This document shows positions 52,401-64,000 of a DNA stretch of 64,000 bases, piece by piece (positions within the stretch are counted from its first letter, which is position 1; each line of letters starts with the position of its first letter). The translations under genes were made by a program, and so were the position numbers. The stretch comes from Takakia lepidozioides (taxonomy: Eukaryota; Plantae; Bryophyta), in contig CM060731.1 of assembly GCA_030704615.1 (NCBI GenBank), positions 16,864,001 to 16,928,000 on the forward strand, given 5' to 3'. A model generated the notes under the pieces. It was not told where the DNA came from, did not search any database, and saw only the letters and a list, made by a program, of their open reading frames with translations.

Positions 52401-55400
52401 TGTGTGTGGCTGACTATGACAAGCTCTTACCTGGTATTAGACCTGATCACCATGTAACTCTCACCATCTTGACTGTCTTGTACCTCTTTGTCACTTAATA
52501 TAGCTTTTCATCTGTCGCTCTTGGGGATGCAAGCAACAGTCTTTTTGCTTTTATGGTTATTAGTGATACGTGTACATAAGTCTCCTCTCTATTGCTCATT
52601 CTACTGTTCTGGTTGTGTCCACACGTCATATTCAGGAGGTGCTGATGGCTTTTTGAACTGGAGTGCAGGGTGGAGCCATTTTGCGCAGTTCACCATTGCT
52701 GTTGTGAACAAGGATCCAAAGAAGTCCAAGTATTCAGGTTATTCTTTCCCCTTTTAAGTCAAAGCAACCTCTTACTGCATTATTGGATCACAGACCAAGT
52801 TCAGGAGTCAGAACTGTCATTGGATGCCCACATCTGTTTGGGTTCTGTCTCTGGGAGTTGTCCAGTAGGCACGCATGCTGATTTTCTATTGGTTAAAATT
52901 CAAATCCACAGGTGGGTGGAAGTTTCAAAGAGTATTCCTGGTTGTTTCGTTTCCATTACATGGCTTGATGGCTAGTGCCAGCACTATAGGACATAGTGAT
53001 GTGGGTCTCTCCTGCTTCGGGCACTGTGCTGTGTAAATTTTTAGTGTTGTAACTTAGAGATGTTTCTTTTCAGTAGTTTCCTTCACACAATTTATGAGCC
53101 AGAACTTCAATGAAATTTTTTCTTTTGGAGCAGGGTAAAGCACCTCTGGCCCTTTAACCCTTTGTCCTAGCTGAAAGAACGTTTGTCTAGGAAGTTTATA
53201 GTGATAGCAGGGTTGCCTTAGCCCACAAACACAAAAGAGGTCAAGGTGGTCTATAAGGAAGCCATTAGGAGGTCAAAGTGTTGACTTTCTGAAGTCCAGT
53301 AAGTGATGCTATCATCGATCAGTCGTGTCAAATTGATACCCTATCTATGACATTGTTCGTCCTTTTTGTCTTTACGGGGGATGTGCAAAGTGTCTAAAGG
53401 TCTTGTGTTCATTGTGGAGGATTACAGACACATTGCACCGGTTTTGTAAGAAGGAGCATGATTGGGGTTGGAAGAAGTTCATGGAGTTGTCCAAAGTATT
53501 GGACGGTTTTACGGTAGCAGATACACTCGTCATCAAAGCCCAAGTTCAGGTCATCAGGTCTGTAGCCATTCCAGGAATCTCTGTAGTTTGTTCTTAACAC
53601 CATGCTGGTAGTGTTGGTGTTCCATACGGTTCTAGGACCTAATGTTGATTTTATGTCGACATGGCTGTGTAAGGGTCAAAACTGACATGGTATTGCATTT
53701 GTGCTTATAGAGAGAGACAGACAGAATTGACTGTTCCCTGGGCGCTGGCTGTGATATGCCCATGAAGCCATAGGCAATAGACCTTACCCCATTTTGGACA
53801 GAGCTGGAAAATGAGGGAGAGGGAGGAGATCAAGGGGGCTCCTACCCTCGCGGAAGGCCCGATCCAGTAGTGTAAACTGAAGCTGATTCTCTTCTTCCAA
53901 ATATTCTCACCCCAGACTTCAAACCCAAGGAGGGCCACAGTTTTCGGCATTGTCTTGAGTCTCTCCAATTGAGCAAAGAGAGGGCCTCTTGTCCAGAAGA
54001 AGACCGATCAAAATGCATCAGAATACGTTCACTATGCTCACCTTCATGCCGACAGGTTGGACGTATGGTCTCCCCTTCTCCCATCTCTGCGATTACTTGA
54101 TAGAGGTAGGTAGCCTACTGCCCAGCGTGGGATGTTGTTCATCAGATGCCGTGAAGACACTCAGATTATATTTGGGTGGGGCTTCAGCTTGTTCACTCTA
54201 TTGTGGCGTTCCTTTTGTTGACCTCATATCCTCGAACTACTTCTTAGGAGGTTCACCCTTCATAGATTCAAGCATCTAAAATCTCATCCTCACTCATTTC
54301 TTCGGCTTGGCCTGTTTGACAGATCTGTCTACTTCCAAGATAGAGTCAATAATGTCAGGATGCCTTGTCTTGTTCACTTCAGCCAATTGATACCTTCTTC
54401 TCACATTGAACTATCTCTTTTCCAGATCACATTTCGCCCTACAAATATGAATCATAAACCAGCAGTTTTGTAGGAAGCTGCTGTGGTGGTCTAAGCTGTG
54501 TGGCTTCAAGGTTACTCCCTGATTTGTAAGATAATAGAACTGTCTTCGCTATTGTGTGCAAGGGATTGACTCTGATCGAGTATCCATGTCGCTCCATGCC
54601 CATTCTAATGTTATTTCTTCTTTATAACCTTTGGCCATGGTGGTTGGGAAGAACTCTATTCGTGAACTCATGTAAATTCACTTGTTTGCTCTGTAAACTG
54701 AGGCAAATATACTCTCGAATAGCTTCCTGCCCGTTTCAACAACTTTCAATATGAACCACCCTCTGGCAGTCCTGTGAGATTCTTAGTAGGACCAGGATCT
54801 CTTCTTCTCCTGACATCACTCAACTGTGGTTGAAAGAAAGAACAGTGGTGCTCTTGCATCAAGTCTCTGTTTTATGGGCTCTCTTAAGCCCTATGCTTGG
54901 AGAAGTGTCACCCATATCTATGCCAAAACTTCAATCCTAGATTTTCTAGCTGCCGATTCTTAAGAAATGTTGGAGAATGGGACAGAAAGAAATAAAGTAC
55001 GAATGGACCTAGAATCTACTACACGTGTGTGGAAGAAGTTCAATTCGTTCCTTTTGATCTAGCACGCTTATGATACTCCAATTACACAGGTAACAAAAGA
55101 GCCCTCACAGTTGATCCCTGAATCTGGAGGCTCTAAGCACTAACCAAAGTCCACTATGCCAGCCATAGGGTATTGGAGGGCTAACAAAGAAGACACAATT
55201 GGTTTGGCCCTACTTTCTCCTCCGTGAGAGGAAAATGTGATTAAGACACAACATGATTTATGTTCACTCTTCCCTTCTCTTGCAGATTACTAACAACCTT
55301 GGAGTACAGTATTTAGCTAATCCCCCTGCATCAGTGAAGCCTGTAATCTACAATGGCTGCCAGGATCTTGGTGTCTCCCTCGTGAAACACAGACTAATAA

Positions 55401-58400
55401 CTGGATTTCCAGAGTTTTAAAAGCTTATTGATGGCATCAGGACCCTGCTTACTTTGCATTCAATGCGCTATGAGTACATGGTTTGTTGTTTCCAATTGAT
55501 CAGCCTTAGCCAATGTTTTGCACTTGTCCAGCCGGAGTTTGAACGGGACATTAACTGGAAACATCAAAAGCCTTCATCGACTGCTTCTAAGCTGCACTAT
55601 AGATAGATCTCTCAGTGGCTGTGATGATGACCACTGGTATAGTGAAACTCCAGAGAGGCATGATTTACAAATTAACCTGGATAGTTGGCTCTGAGGTAGT
55701 GCCGTACCCTAGAGCTGGACATGGATTCAGTGCGATAGCAGCTAGCTCACAGCCAACAACCATCTGTTTGCAGGAACTAGTGTCTATACCAGTATGGACT
55801 GGCATAGCCAGCATGCCAGAAACCACAAACTCGACTAGAGCACTACTGTTGGTGTTATAGATGTGACCTTGTGGCCATAGACCTCGTGCCCAGTTTGGAT
55901 GGAAACGGAGGGAATAGACACTACCTTTGTGACTTACCTTGATATAAACAGTTGGTTTGGGCTTTTCAGATACCCTCTAGAAAGCCCTGTGAACAGAGGT
56001 GCAGGAACCATGGTCTTGATGTTCCTGAAGTCAGTCTCTGGTGAGAACACCCGAGACAATGTATTAGAAAATGGATATGGACTTCAGGTTGCCCGAACAT
56101 TGGGCAATTACAATCTCCTTTTCCTCTCTGCACCTGTTTATTGTTCAAAGGGCTCCCTGCCCTGAGTTTAAATTTCAGTCTAGTGCTGAGGTAGGCCCTT
56201 CAGAGACAGAGACAAAGTTTGCTGGTGGAAATGCTTTATAGCTGGTAAGTTGCAGCAGACTGACTCGTTCATTTACGATTTGAAGCTGATCTTTGAAGAA
56301 TATCTTTGGAGGCTGCACAGATGAGGCCTCGTTTTGAAGAACGTGGAGGAATCACTATTACCTTCAAGCCTATGTTGTTTGAGCTTTCTTTAGAGCCCAC
56401 AGATACTACTGTGAGGGGTATCCTGGGTCATGTCTATTCTGGGCAAGCTTGGCTTCAAAGCATCCATGGGTCTGTGTCTACTTTGGGTAACTTTGAGACA
56501 ATTATTACATCCTTTCAAACAGATGCGTTATTTTGAAGGTCGAGGTATGAAGTGGATGCAAGGGTGAAATTGTGTCATAGAAGAGATTGGACTCATGAAT
56601 CTTCTGCTGCAGAATTGGGAGGCAGCCACTTCATTTGTGAAGAATCCTTCTATCTGATAGTCTCCAGTTGTAGAAGCAACATGCAGTAACCACACATAGA
56701 AATTTTCAAGGTGACCTTTTCTCAAATCATGAGATGTGTTTGTCACAAGGAGGGAAAGCTAGATTGTTTTCATTTTTTGGTCAGTATTCTTTGTGTTCTG
56801 ATCGGCCACCAGGAGATAGACAGAAAAGCAACTGCAAGACGGGCTATTGCAAGCAATTCTCTTTGACAAGTCTATTCACCCACTTTTGGGTTTTTCTGCA
56901 GGGAGAATCCCCACCGCCCGTTCCGCTGCCTAGACTGCCAGTATCGGAGGGAGCTTGTCCGTGTCTACCTGACAAATGTAGAAGGTATCTGCCGGCGTTT
57001 TGTGGAAGAAAAGCGAGAGAAATTGGGAAAACTCATGGAAGATATTCCTCGCTGGACCAGGTAACATGTGCAGACAACTATTGCACCCAGTAGACTCATT
57101 TCTGACAAGCCAGACCCATTGAAAATGAACGTACTCATGAGACGTTTGCCATAGCCTTGTGGCCATAGACTCCGGCCAGTTTGGGTTGACAGACCTATAG
57201 AGTGGAATGAAAGAAAGAAACTTTAGAACATCGACAGGGCAGAGGGAGAGAGAGGAGGCCACAGTTTGCATTGTCCTTTAGCAGCACAACTGTCAGATGA
57301 TGATGCTCTACCCCCCATGATTCTGGTTATCCGCTTTGCAAACTGTGCAGCTTGGTGTTGCCCCTTCTTTCCTAGTGCTATTTTGTCCACTAGATGCCAG
57401 CTGTGTCTGGGTTTGTCCTTAATTCTTTGATGTTCTTTCCATTCAGATGCAGTGTCGTAGGAGCAGTTCGTTCTCTTGTTTGTGGTGGCCCCCTTCCACC
57501 CCCAGGCTCTGTTTCCTTGTCCTTGCTCTCTCATGGAAACATTTGTGGAAATTATTCGATAGTTTTTATATACATCTCCCTTACCTGCAACAGACCCTGA
57601 TGGCACTAGTACTGGTGGTGGGAGCTTGTTATGATCTGTGCAGCTTCCAAGCATTTTGGGGAGCGGTGGAAGACACTTCTCGGCGCCGGCTAGCTCGTGA
57701 GAAGACCGATGTGATACTGAAGGCTGTGGTAAAACGTTTTTTTAACGAGAAGGAAGTCACTTCGACATTGGTAATGGATGCTCTCTACAGTGGGTGCAAG
57801 GCTCTCGACTATCATAGCCGCAACAAAAAGGGGAAGATAAACGGTGTGGATATGGAGGAGGCCATCAATCCTGTGGTGTGGGTTGACAAGGATGCATTTG
57901 TGCTTGCTGGTGACGTGTTGGTGTTGCTGGAGCGGGCTGTTTCTGAGTCACTGCCTCCCTACAAGGATGACAAGGGACCTCAAAATCGCACAAAGGTTTG
58001 TGATGTTTTCGGTCTGGTGTGTGTTATTTCTGTCTCTGTCCACCCTTTGAATGTTTTTTGAATAATTCTCTCATGCAACTCTGATTCTTCAATTTTTCTT
58101 ATGGAACTACACTGGCTCAAGTAGCTGACACCTGCAATAAGTTTGTTGCAAAATTGGATCTCATCCCTTGCTTTGGAAACCCTGATGCCTTTTTTTGCCT
58201 TGGATTCATGCTTTCTTTAAACTGAACTCAGGTCTCACGTGGGGTTTGACTGCAGGATGGTAGCTCAGGAGATGATTTTGGAAAAGACTCTGTGGAGCGT
58301 GATGAACGGCGGTTAACAGAGCTTGGAAGGCGCACTGTGGAAATGTTTGTGCTTGCCCACCTCTATACGTATGTGACACGTCCACTTATTCTTTGTATTA

Positions 58401-61400
58401 GAAGCTTGGATTTTGTTTCCTGTGAAGCAATTATCAAAGTAGGCACCATTAACATGTTAGTTGCTGCCAGATCTTTCCTCTGGGCTGCAAGGTACTGGCT
58501 CACTTGGAAAGCCAGTGTTGGTTGTAGTGTAGCCATTTTGTTCCCAAATTTGGAAGATGGAGATAGGGAAGCTATGACTGACTGACGTAATTGCAAAAGG
58601 AGGTTGTCTGACAAAGTCTGAAGTGCTGAATGGGAGCTTTTTAGAGAAGTTTTGAGCTGGATGGGGATGTAGCTGGTCGATCATTGCTACAATGACCACA
58701 AGCAATCACCAGGCCTTGGGACCCATCTGCAGCAATGTTCTACCAGTAATCCCCCTGTACAGATTGATGGAAGACGTATGAGAGTAGATATTTAGCCAAA
58801 TTTGTATCTAATGTGCGACGCAAAGTGCACATAGTGTAATTGGTTTAAAGTGCTTTGGGAAGACTCTACTCCTAATAGTACTTGTCTTATGCGCGCATGC
58901 ACACACAAGAGAGTCTAAGGCTGACGGGAGTGACATGGGGCAGTGATCGAGTGGAGGTGGCGTATAGGGAGGCAGTGGCCTTGAAGAGGCAGGAAGAGCT
59001 TATTCGGGAGGAAGAAGCTGCTGGTCTGGCTGAGACTGAACTTCGGGCCAAGCGTGAGGCAGCTGAGAAAGAGAAGCGCTCCAAGAAAAAACAGGTTATT
59101 TTCCAGGGATGGAAGCTCAATCTACCTACATGCAAGATTGTGGACCCAATGTTGAGAGAAGGGTCCACGGTATGAAGCATTGTGTTGAAATTTCAATCTG
59201 ACCTGGATGCATTCTGAGGGACTCTTGAACATCAGAACAAACTTGGTTCCAAAGAGTCATAAAAGTAGATGGTGTCAATGGCATGTCCATGACCATACAT
59301 GTTATGATGGACTCACCAGTGCTCCTAGGCAAGGCTTTCGTGTCTCTACCGGAGAAGCCAGGCCTACGGGCAAAGACTTTCATTAAACTTGTCTCAGGCA
59401 AATCAAAGAACATCTCGTTACATTTTGTGGTCTCAACAACTTGAGATAGACTTTAGAAGAGTCTTTCACTTTCCATTTGTTTTGGCCGAACTCCTAGCAA
59501 CAGCTCAAATTTGTGAGTGCAGCTTTCCTGATCCTCGGTTCCCTGTAGTTCATGTTTTGGGCAATACCTCTAAGAACAAAAGCTTTACTTGCAGGCAAAG
59601 CAGAGGAGGAAGGACCGCAAGGAAAAGGACAAGGAAGCAGAGGAGAAGCGCGTGCGATTGGAACAGGAAAACCGTGAACGGCAGTCTGACGTGTCTAGGG
59701 CAAAGGATCGTTTGCTAAAGGATCGTGAGATTTTGTCACTTACTGCAGCAGACTCTGTAGAGGAAGATGATGATCTGAGTGGTTTAGACACAGTAGATGA
59801 TGTTGTAGTAGGCACCTTAGGGCCGGCCACAGAGGATGGGGATGTAGACCATGCTGGCTGGGAGAGAGAAGGCTCATATGGTCAAAGTGGCTCAGAAGCG
59901 GCCGGTTTCAGTGGTGCACTTCTGGACGAGGGTCTCACTCGAAATGGGAGAGGGGGACGGAAGCACCAGGGTCCTGCCCTCGATGATAGTTCCTCAACCT
60001 GTTCATCTGACTCTCTCCCATCTGTGCGACCCTCTATGAATGGCTCATTTGGCTTACGTCCTGGGTTGCATGAGCAGAACAACACAGTTCTTAGCAGGTC
60101 TGTCTTCACCCCTTAATTTCTGTGTGTTAATGAGTGAATCTCTCTTACTGTGTCCTCAATCTCACAATTGGGAATTACCATGTGACTCGCAGTGGTCTTT
60201 CCACCCTTTACTGGGGTGACATTGCTACCTGTGCTGTTTCCCAGAAACCCCCATTCACCTCTCATTTGTGTTTTCAAACAGCTGTTTCAGTTGGTTGGCT
60301 GGCACAGTATCTTCGGCCCAATGCTACAGCTTTAGCAAACTATTACAGTCTCTCTCTGTCTCCTCCTCTCCCACCTTTAAAAAATATTACTGTCCACATG
60401 TCTCTACCAGTTCCTATTCAACTCTTCTACTGCTGACTATTTTTTTCTTATGTCTCATTCTCTTTCTGCATTTGGGTGTAGTTTCCTACACTCATCATGG
60501 CCTTCTGTGGGGATGGTGTAGAGGGAGAAACAGAGTGGACAGTGAAGGATATGATAACGACAGGCGCTTCATGGAAGCAGAAGGCATGCTGCGAGTGACT
60601 GGATTGGACCCCAGTGGCCCTGGGGAAGCCAGCAGTAGCAGTAGTTCTACTGGGGTGGATGCTGAGACTGTCATCCTTTCCCTCAAGGAGCGGGTGCGAT
60701 GGCTTGAGCAACGCCTCTTCGAAAAGGTTTCCCTTCCTCTCTATTCTGTTTTCATTTCTTCGCAGCAATGGAAGGGGGGTAGTGGATTCATGATTGCCAA
60801 TGTTGTGTAACCATTTTGAGAAGCGTACTTGGGCTTCTTGATTGCAGGAGGAGGAAGTTGTGATGTTACAAGAGCAGCTGAGCTTGCTGCAGCACCGGAT
60901 GGGACTTGACCGGCCCCAACACCACCGCAGTGTGTTGGAAGAAGCTGCTGATGTTTGTAGGGCTGGCCCCCATGGTCCCACAAGCTCTCTCCACTTGGAT
61001 GGAAGCAGAAGTGATGTCTCAACCTCATCAGTACTCTCAGATGCGAGTGAGATCCCTGATGTGGAAAAGGTTATCAACCAGCATAGTAGATCCAATAGAG
61101 GAACACCTGCCACAAACGATTATGCACTGGCATTTAATGGAAACTTAGCACCTTTAGGTGCACTCTTTCTGTCCCATTCAGGCAGTAATGGTGACAGCAG
61201 TAGCTGTACCTATAGTTTTAACTCAGCAAAGCTGGATGTAGCCAAGTCACCAGCCCCTTCCCGGAGTCGAAACTCCGATTCATTCCGTCCCCCTCGAATG
61301 GGTACCCCAGCAGGGGCTTCCTCCGTCCCTGCTACTTCATCTGTGCTTGATGATTCTTTAGGTGTGGGTCATTCAAGCACATTATGTGCTCCTTCATCAG

Positions 61401-62929
61401 GGCTCTCCCGACCCTTAAGTGCCCCTGGATCAGTGGCTGGCCCACGACCAGGCATCCACATCCCAATGCTGCACACTGCCACACCATTAGCTCGTTCTAT
61501 GAGTGCCGCAGGCCGGTTAGGGGTGGGAGTTGAAGCAGCTGGGGGAACTCATAGTATGGGCACAGTCCCACAGAGTCCTCCAGTAACCCCCTCTTATAGG
61601 AACGCTGCTGCTGGCAAGATGAGAGGGTCACTTGGCCTCCCAACACATCCCATTCAAACCCCACCAGGAGTTGTGGGAGGTGTTTCAGGTCCCACACTAG
61701 GTGCAACCACATCAGCTGCCTATATGAGTGGTCCAAGTGTGCATTGTCTTCTTCATCAGGCTAATTCGTCAGCAGCTTCCAGCACTACAGCAGTAGCTTC
61801 CTCACCTCCATTAACACCCCCGCCGAAGGTGCGTGGGGGACACTTACAGGTGGCACAGGGGGGGAAGGTGGATCCAGGGGTTAGCCCAGCCACCTCAGCA
61901 GCTATGGCTCCCTCTAGCCCTTCTTTGGGAGCCGAATGTGCAACACCGAATCTGGCAACTCAGGAGAGTGGCAGGACCCAGGGAGGTGCTGGAGGTGGGC
62001 GCTCAACTGTTGGCATCACTTTTGGGACAGTTACTCCTGACATGCTGCACCAGCAACAACAACAGAGACAGGAACAACTGCAGCTCCAGCAGAAAGAGGA
62101 GCAACTACACTCTCAACATCAGCCAACAGCTCAACAGATGACACCTCATCAGCAGGAGCCAGTAGATCAAACTGAGCCCCCATCCCAGGAACCTCAACTC
62201 CTCCATGAGGGTCTACCACATCACCAACATCAGTTACAACACCCACATTTGCAGTCAGGGCAGGAAAACACATTGACTGAAAATGGGACCTTAGGTGGGA
62301 TCAAGCAGACGCCATCTATGGTTACCTTGATGGAAACAGTGAACAGTGGGGCAGTACTGTCAGAAGAGTTCCCTCACCTTGACATCATCAATGACCTGCT
62401 AGAAGATGACCAAAGCTTTGGCATGGCATTGAGTGTCATGCGGCATCATCCAGGGGGTGCCCGTGACTTCAGCAATTGTGATGGATCTCTTTCAGGTGGG
62501 CATGTGGGAATGAACAAGCTCAACCAGTACAGGCAGCTTGGTGCAGATGGAGGAAACTGTGTGAATGGTGTCGGGGTTGAAGGGAGTGAAAGAGGCAGGG
62601 CTCCAGATGATGACCGTTCACGCTTGCACAACGTTGACGGAAACTTGAGAGATAGCAGAAGAATGGGAGCTCCCTTTGCCCACCAACCCCTTGGTCGGCT
62701 TCACAGCTCACATAGTGGGGTCCTTGATGGGGTATCGTCTCACTACTGGCCTACAAGTGCAGGAATGCCAGCTGTAAGCAACAGCAGCAGCAACAATGTA
62801 AGGAACGGGCTGGATACGCACATGGGCTATACCCTAGTGCAAAGCCACCATCTACCCCTCCCTGACTGCTCAGGTTTCTCTCTGGGACACAATGGCTACA
62901 CGGTCTATGCTCCTGCACAGCAGCCATAG
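49420..62929 (+). CDS. MATH/TRAF domain coiled-coil protein (MUSE13/14, TRAF1A/B-like), ~12 exons
   Basis: EWRS..PPSTSPAYWDTDDDDD; GPKPSDLYGKFTWKIENFSEISKRELRSNVFEVGGYKW; WSHFAQFTIAVVNKDPKKSKYS; DTLHRFCKKEHDWGWKKFMEL; FFNEKEVTSTLVMDALYSG; EAVALKRQEELIREEE; C-terminal EEFPHLDIINDLL. Last exon 60848-62929. Confidence 0.92.
54300..55600 (-). mobile_element. Highly decayed LINE RT remnant in an intron of the MATH gene
   Basis: Minus-strand fragments resembling KAFDV (~55570) and QG..L.P (~55445). No intact ORF. Confidence 0.3.
55860..56205 (-). mobile_element. Copy of the SINE-like repeat
   Basis: Colinear with 21010-21430 (CCTTGTGGCCATAGACC..CCAGTTTGG..CTACCTTTGT..CCCTGAGTTTAA..GTAGGCCCTTCAGA). 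Confidence 0.7.
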
Positions 62930-64000
62930 GTGAAGGGGGCAGCCCAGTTCTGACCATGTGCATTCTAAGAGCTTTTTTCTCTGGACTTATTGGCACCTCA
63001 CTTTCAATCGATATGGAATTAGTCCTGGTCGCTTTGAAGGCCCACTTCAATCCCACTTGAACTCTATTCCTGAGGATTTGGCTATGGCAAGGAGCCCATT
63101 TCAATTCTTGTGGAATACCAGTGGCAGTCAAGGTTTGATGCTGAAGTGTTTTGTTGGGCATCTTGGCCAGCTGTTTGCACTAAAATCTGAATCTCACTGA
63201 ATTTTGGTGATGCCTGCTTTATGATGACTAGGCTGAAGTTTTTCCTGGGATCCCTTGTATGATTCAGTAAACTAGTGAAGATGTGTTTGAGCATTGGGTG
63301 CTTGATGATTTACTTGTTCCCTTATGCTGGTGGGGGGCTTACTATTATGAGGTTAAGTGGCAAAAGTCTTGTTTTGTATGTCATAAAGGAACTATAGTCC
63401 TGTTGACATAGAACCTGCAGGATTTAACCCCTCTGGAGGTGACCATCTGGGAGAATAATTCTCACTAGCTAGAATAGCTCTACTTATAAATAGTCAAGAA
63501 CATGATTACCATCTCTACTTTTGTCCACCTACTTTGAAACCACCCCCAAAAGGGAGCTCTTCCTGTACAGTTTGTAGCCCCCCAAAACTCCGATAAGTCT
63601 TGAGTTCGACAGGATCCGTATCGGACATCTCTGAGTCCGTTAAGCGAAATTTGGGGGTTTAGCTGGCCGATTCCACTGGCAGTAACTCTAGGACCAAATT
63701 GGAGGTCTTGTTAGAAATACCTTTGACATTATGTTTGAACATTTTGCAGCCCCCAAGCACTAGTTCAAAACCACAAAGATTTATGTCAAGGGAATGCTTG
63801 TACCTCAACATCAGGCAGACTGGGAGAGAGACGCCTTATGGAGTGCTTTGGCTTTAGTTACAATGGCCAACAAAAAATGAGTACTCTCATTTTTTCTTCT
63901 AACAAAGCCAATGGCTACCTTGCAGGAAATTGACTCTGCTAAACACATCATATACTAGGAAACAAGTTTTGATGTGGTACTGCTATTGTAGCTCAGTCGC

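Noticed and set aside
63985-64000. GTAGCTCAGTCG, a tRNA A-box-like start at the window edge
   Set aside because: Truncated by the window; too short to call.

Overview
Eukaryotic nuclear DNA with spliceosomal introns, most likely from a non-seed land plant (bryophyte, lycophyte or fern; inferred from a Replitron, a PLS-type PPR gene and the gene families present). Bases ~19.9-63 kb carry four ordinary host genes: a SYT6/NTMC2T3-like SMP-C2 protein (+), a SINA E3 ligase (-), a secreted AB-hydrolase lipase (+) and a MATH/TRAF MUSE13/14-like protein (+). Their introns contain LINE and SINE remnants. Bases 1-19 kb are a nest of transposons. The main finding is a Mutator-like element with 10-bp target site duplications (TSDs) and GAG.../...CCCC ends. 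It carries an intron-containing gene for a ParB/Srx-like domain fused to a circularly permuted (beta-class) N6A/N4C DNA methyltransferase-like domain, and five copies of a TGAGTGC-N6-GCACTCA palindrome. Its two ends are flanked by the same 10-bp TSD in opposite orientations, which implies an inversion. A related non-autonomous element has its own palindrome array and a homolog of the gene's last exon. It is nested in a PPR pseudogene that is itself enclosed by PIF/Harbinger-type ends. A decayed Replitron HUH transposase and a triple inverted-repeat structure lie nearby. All calls are by eye; no database searches were run.
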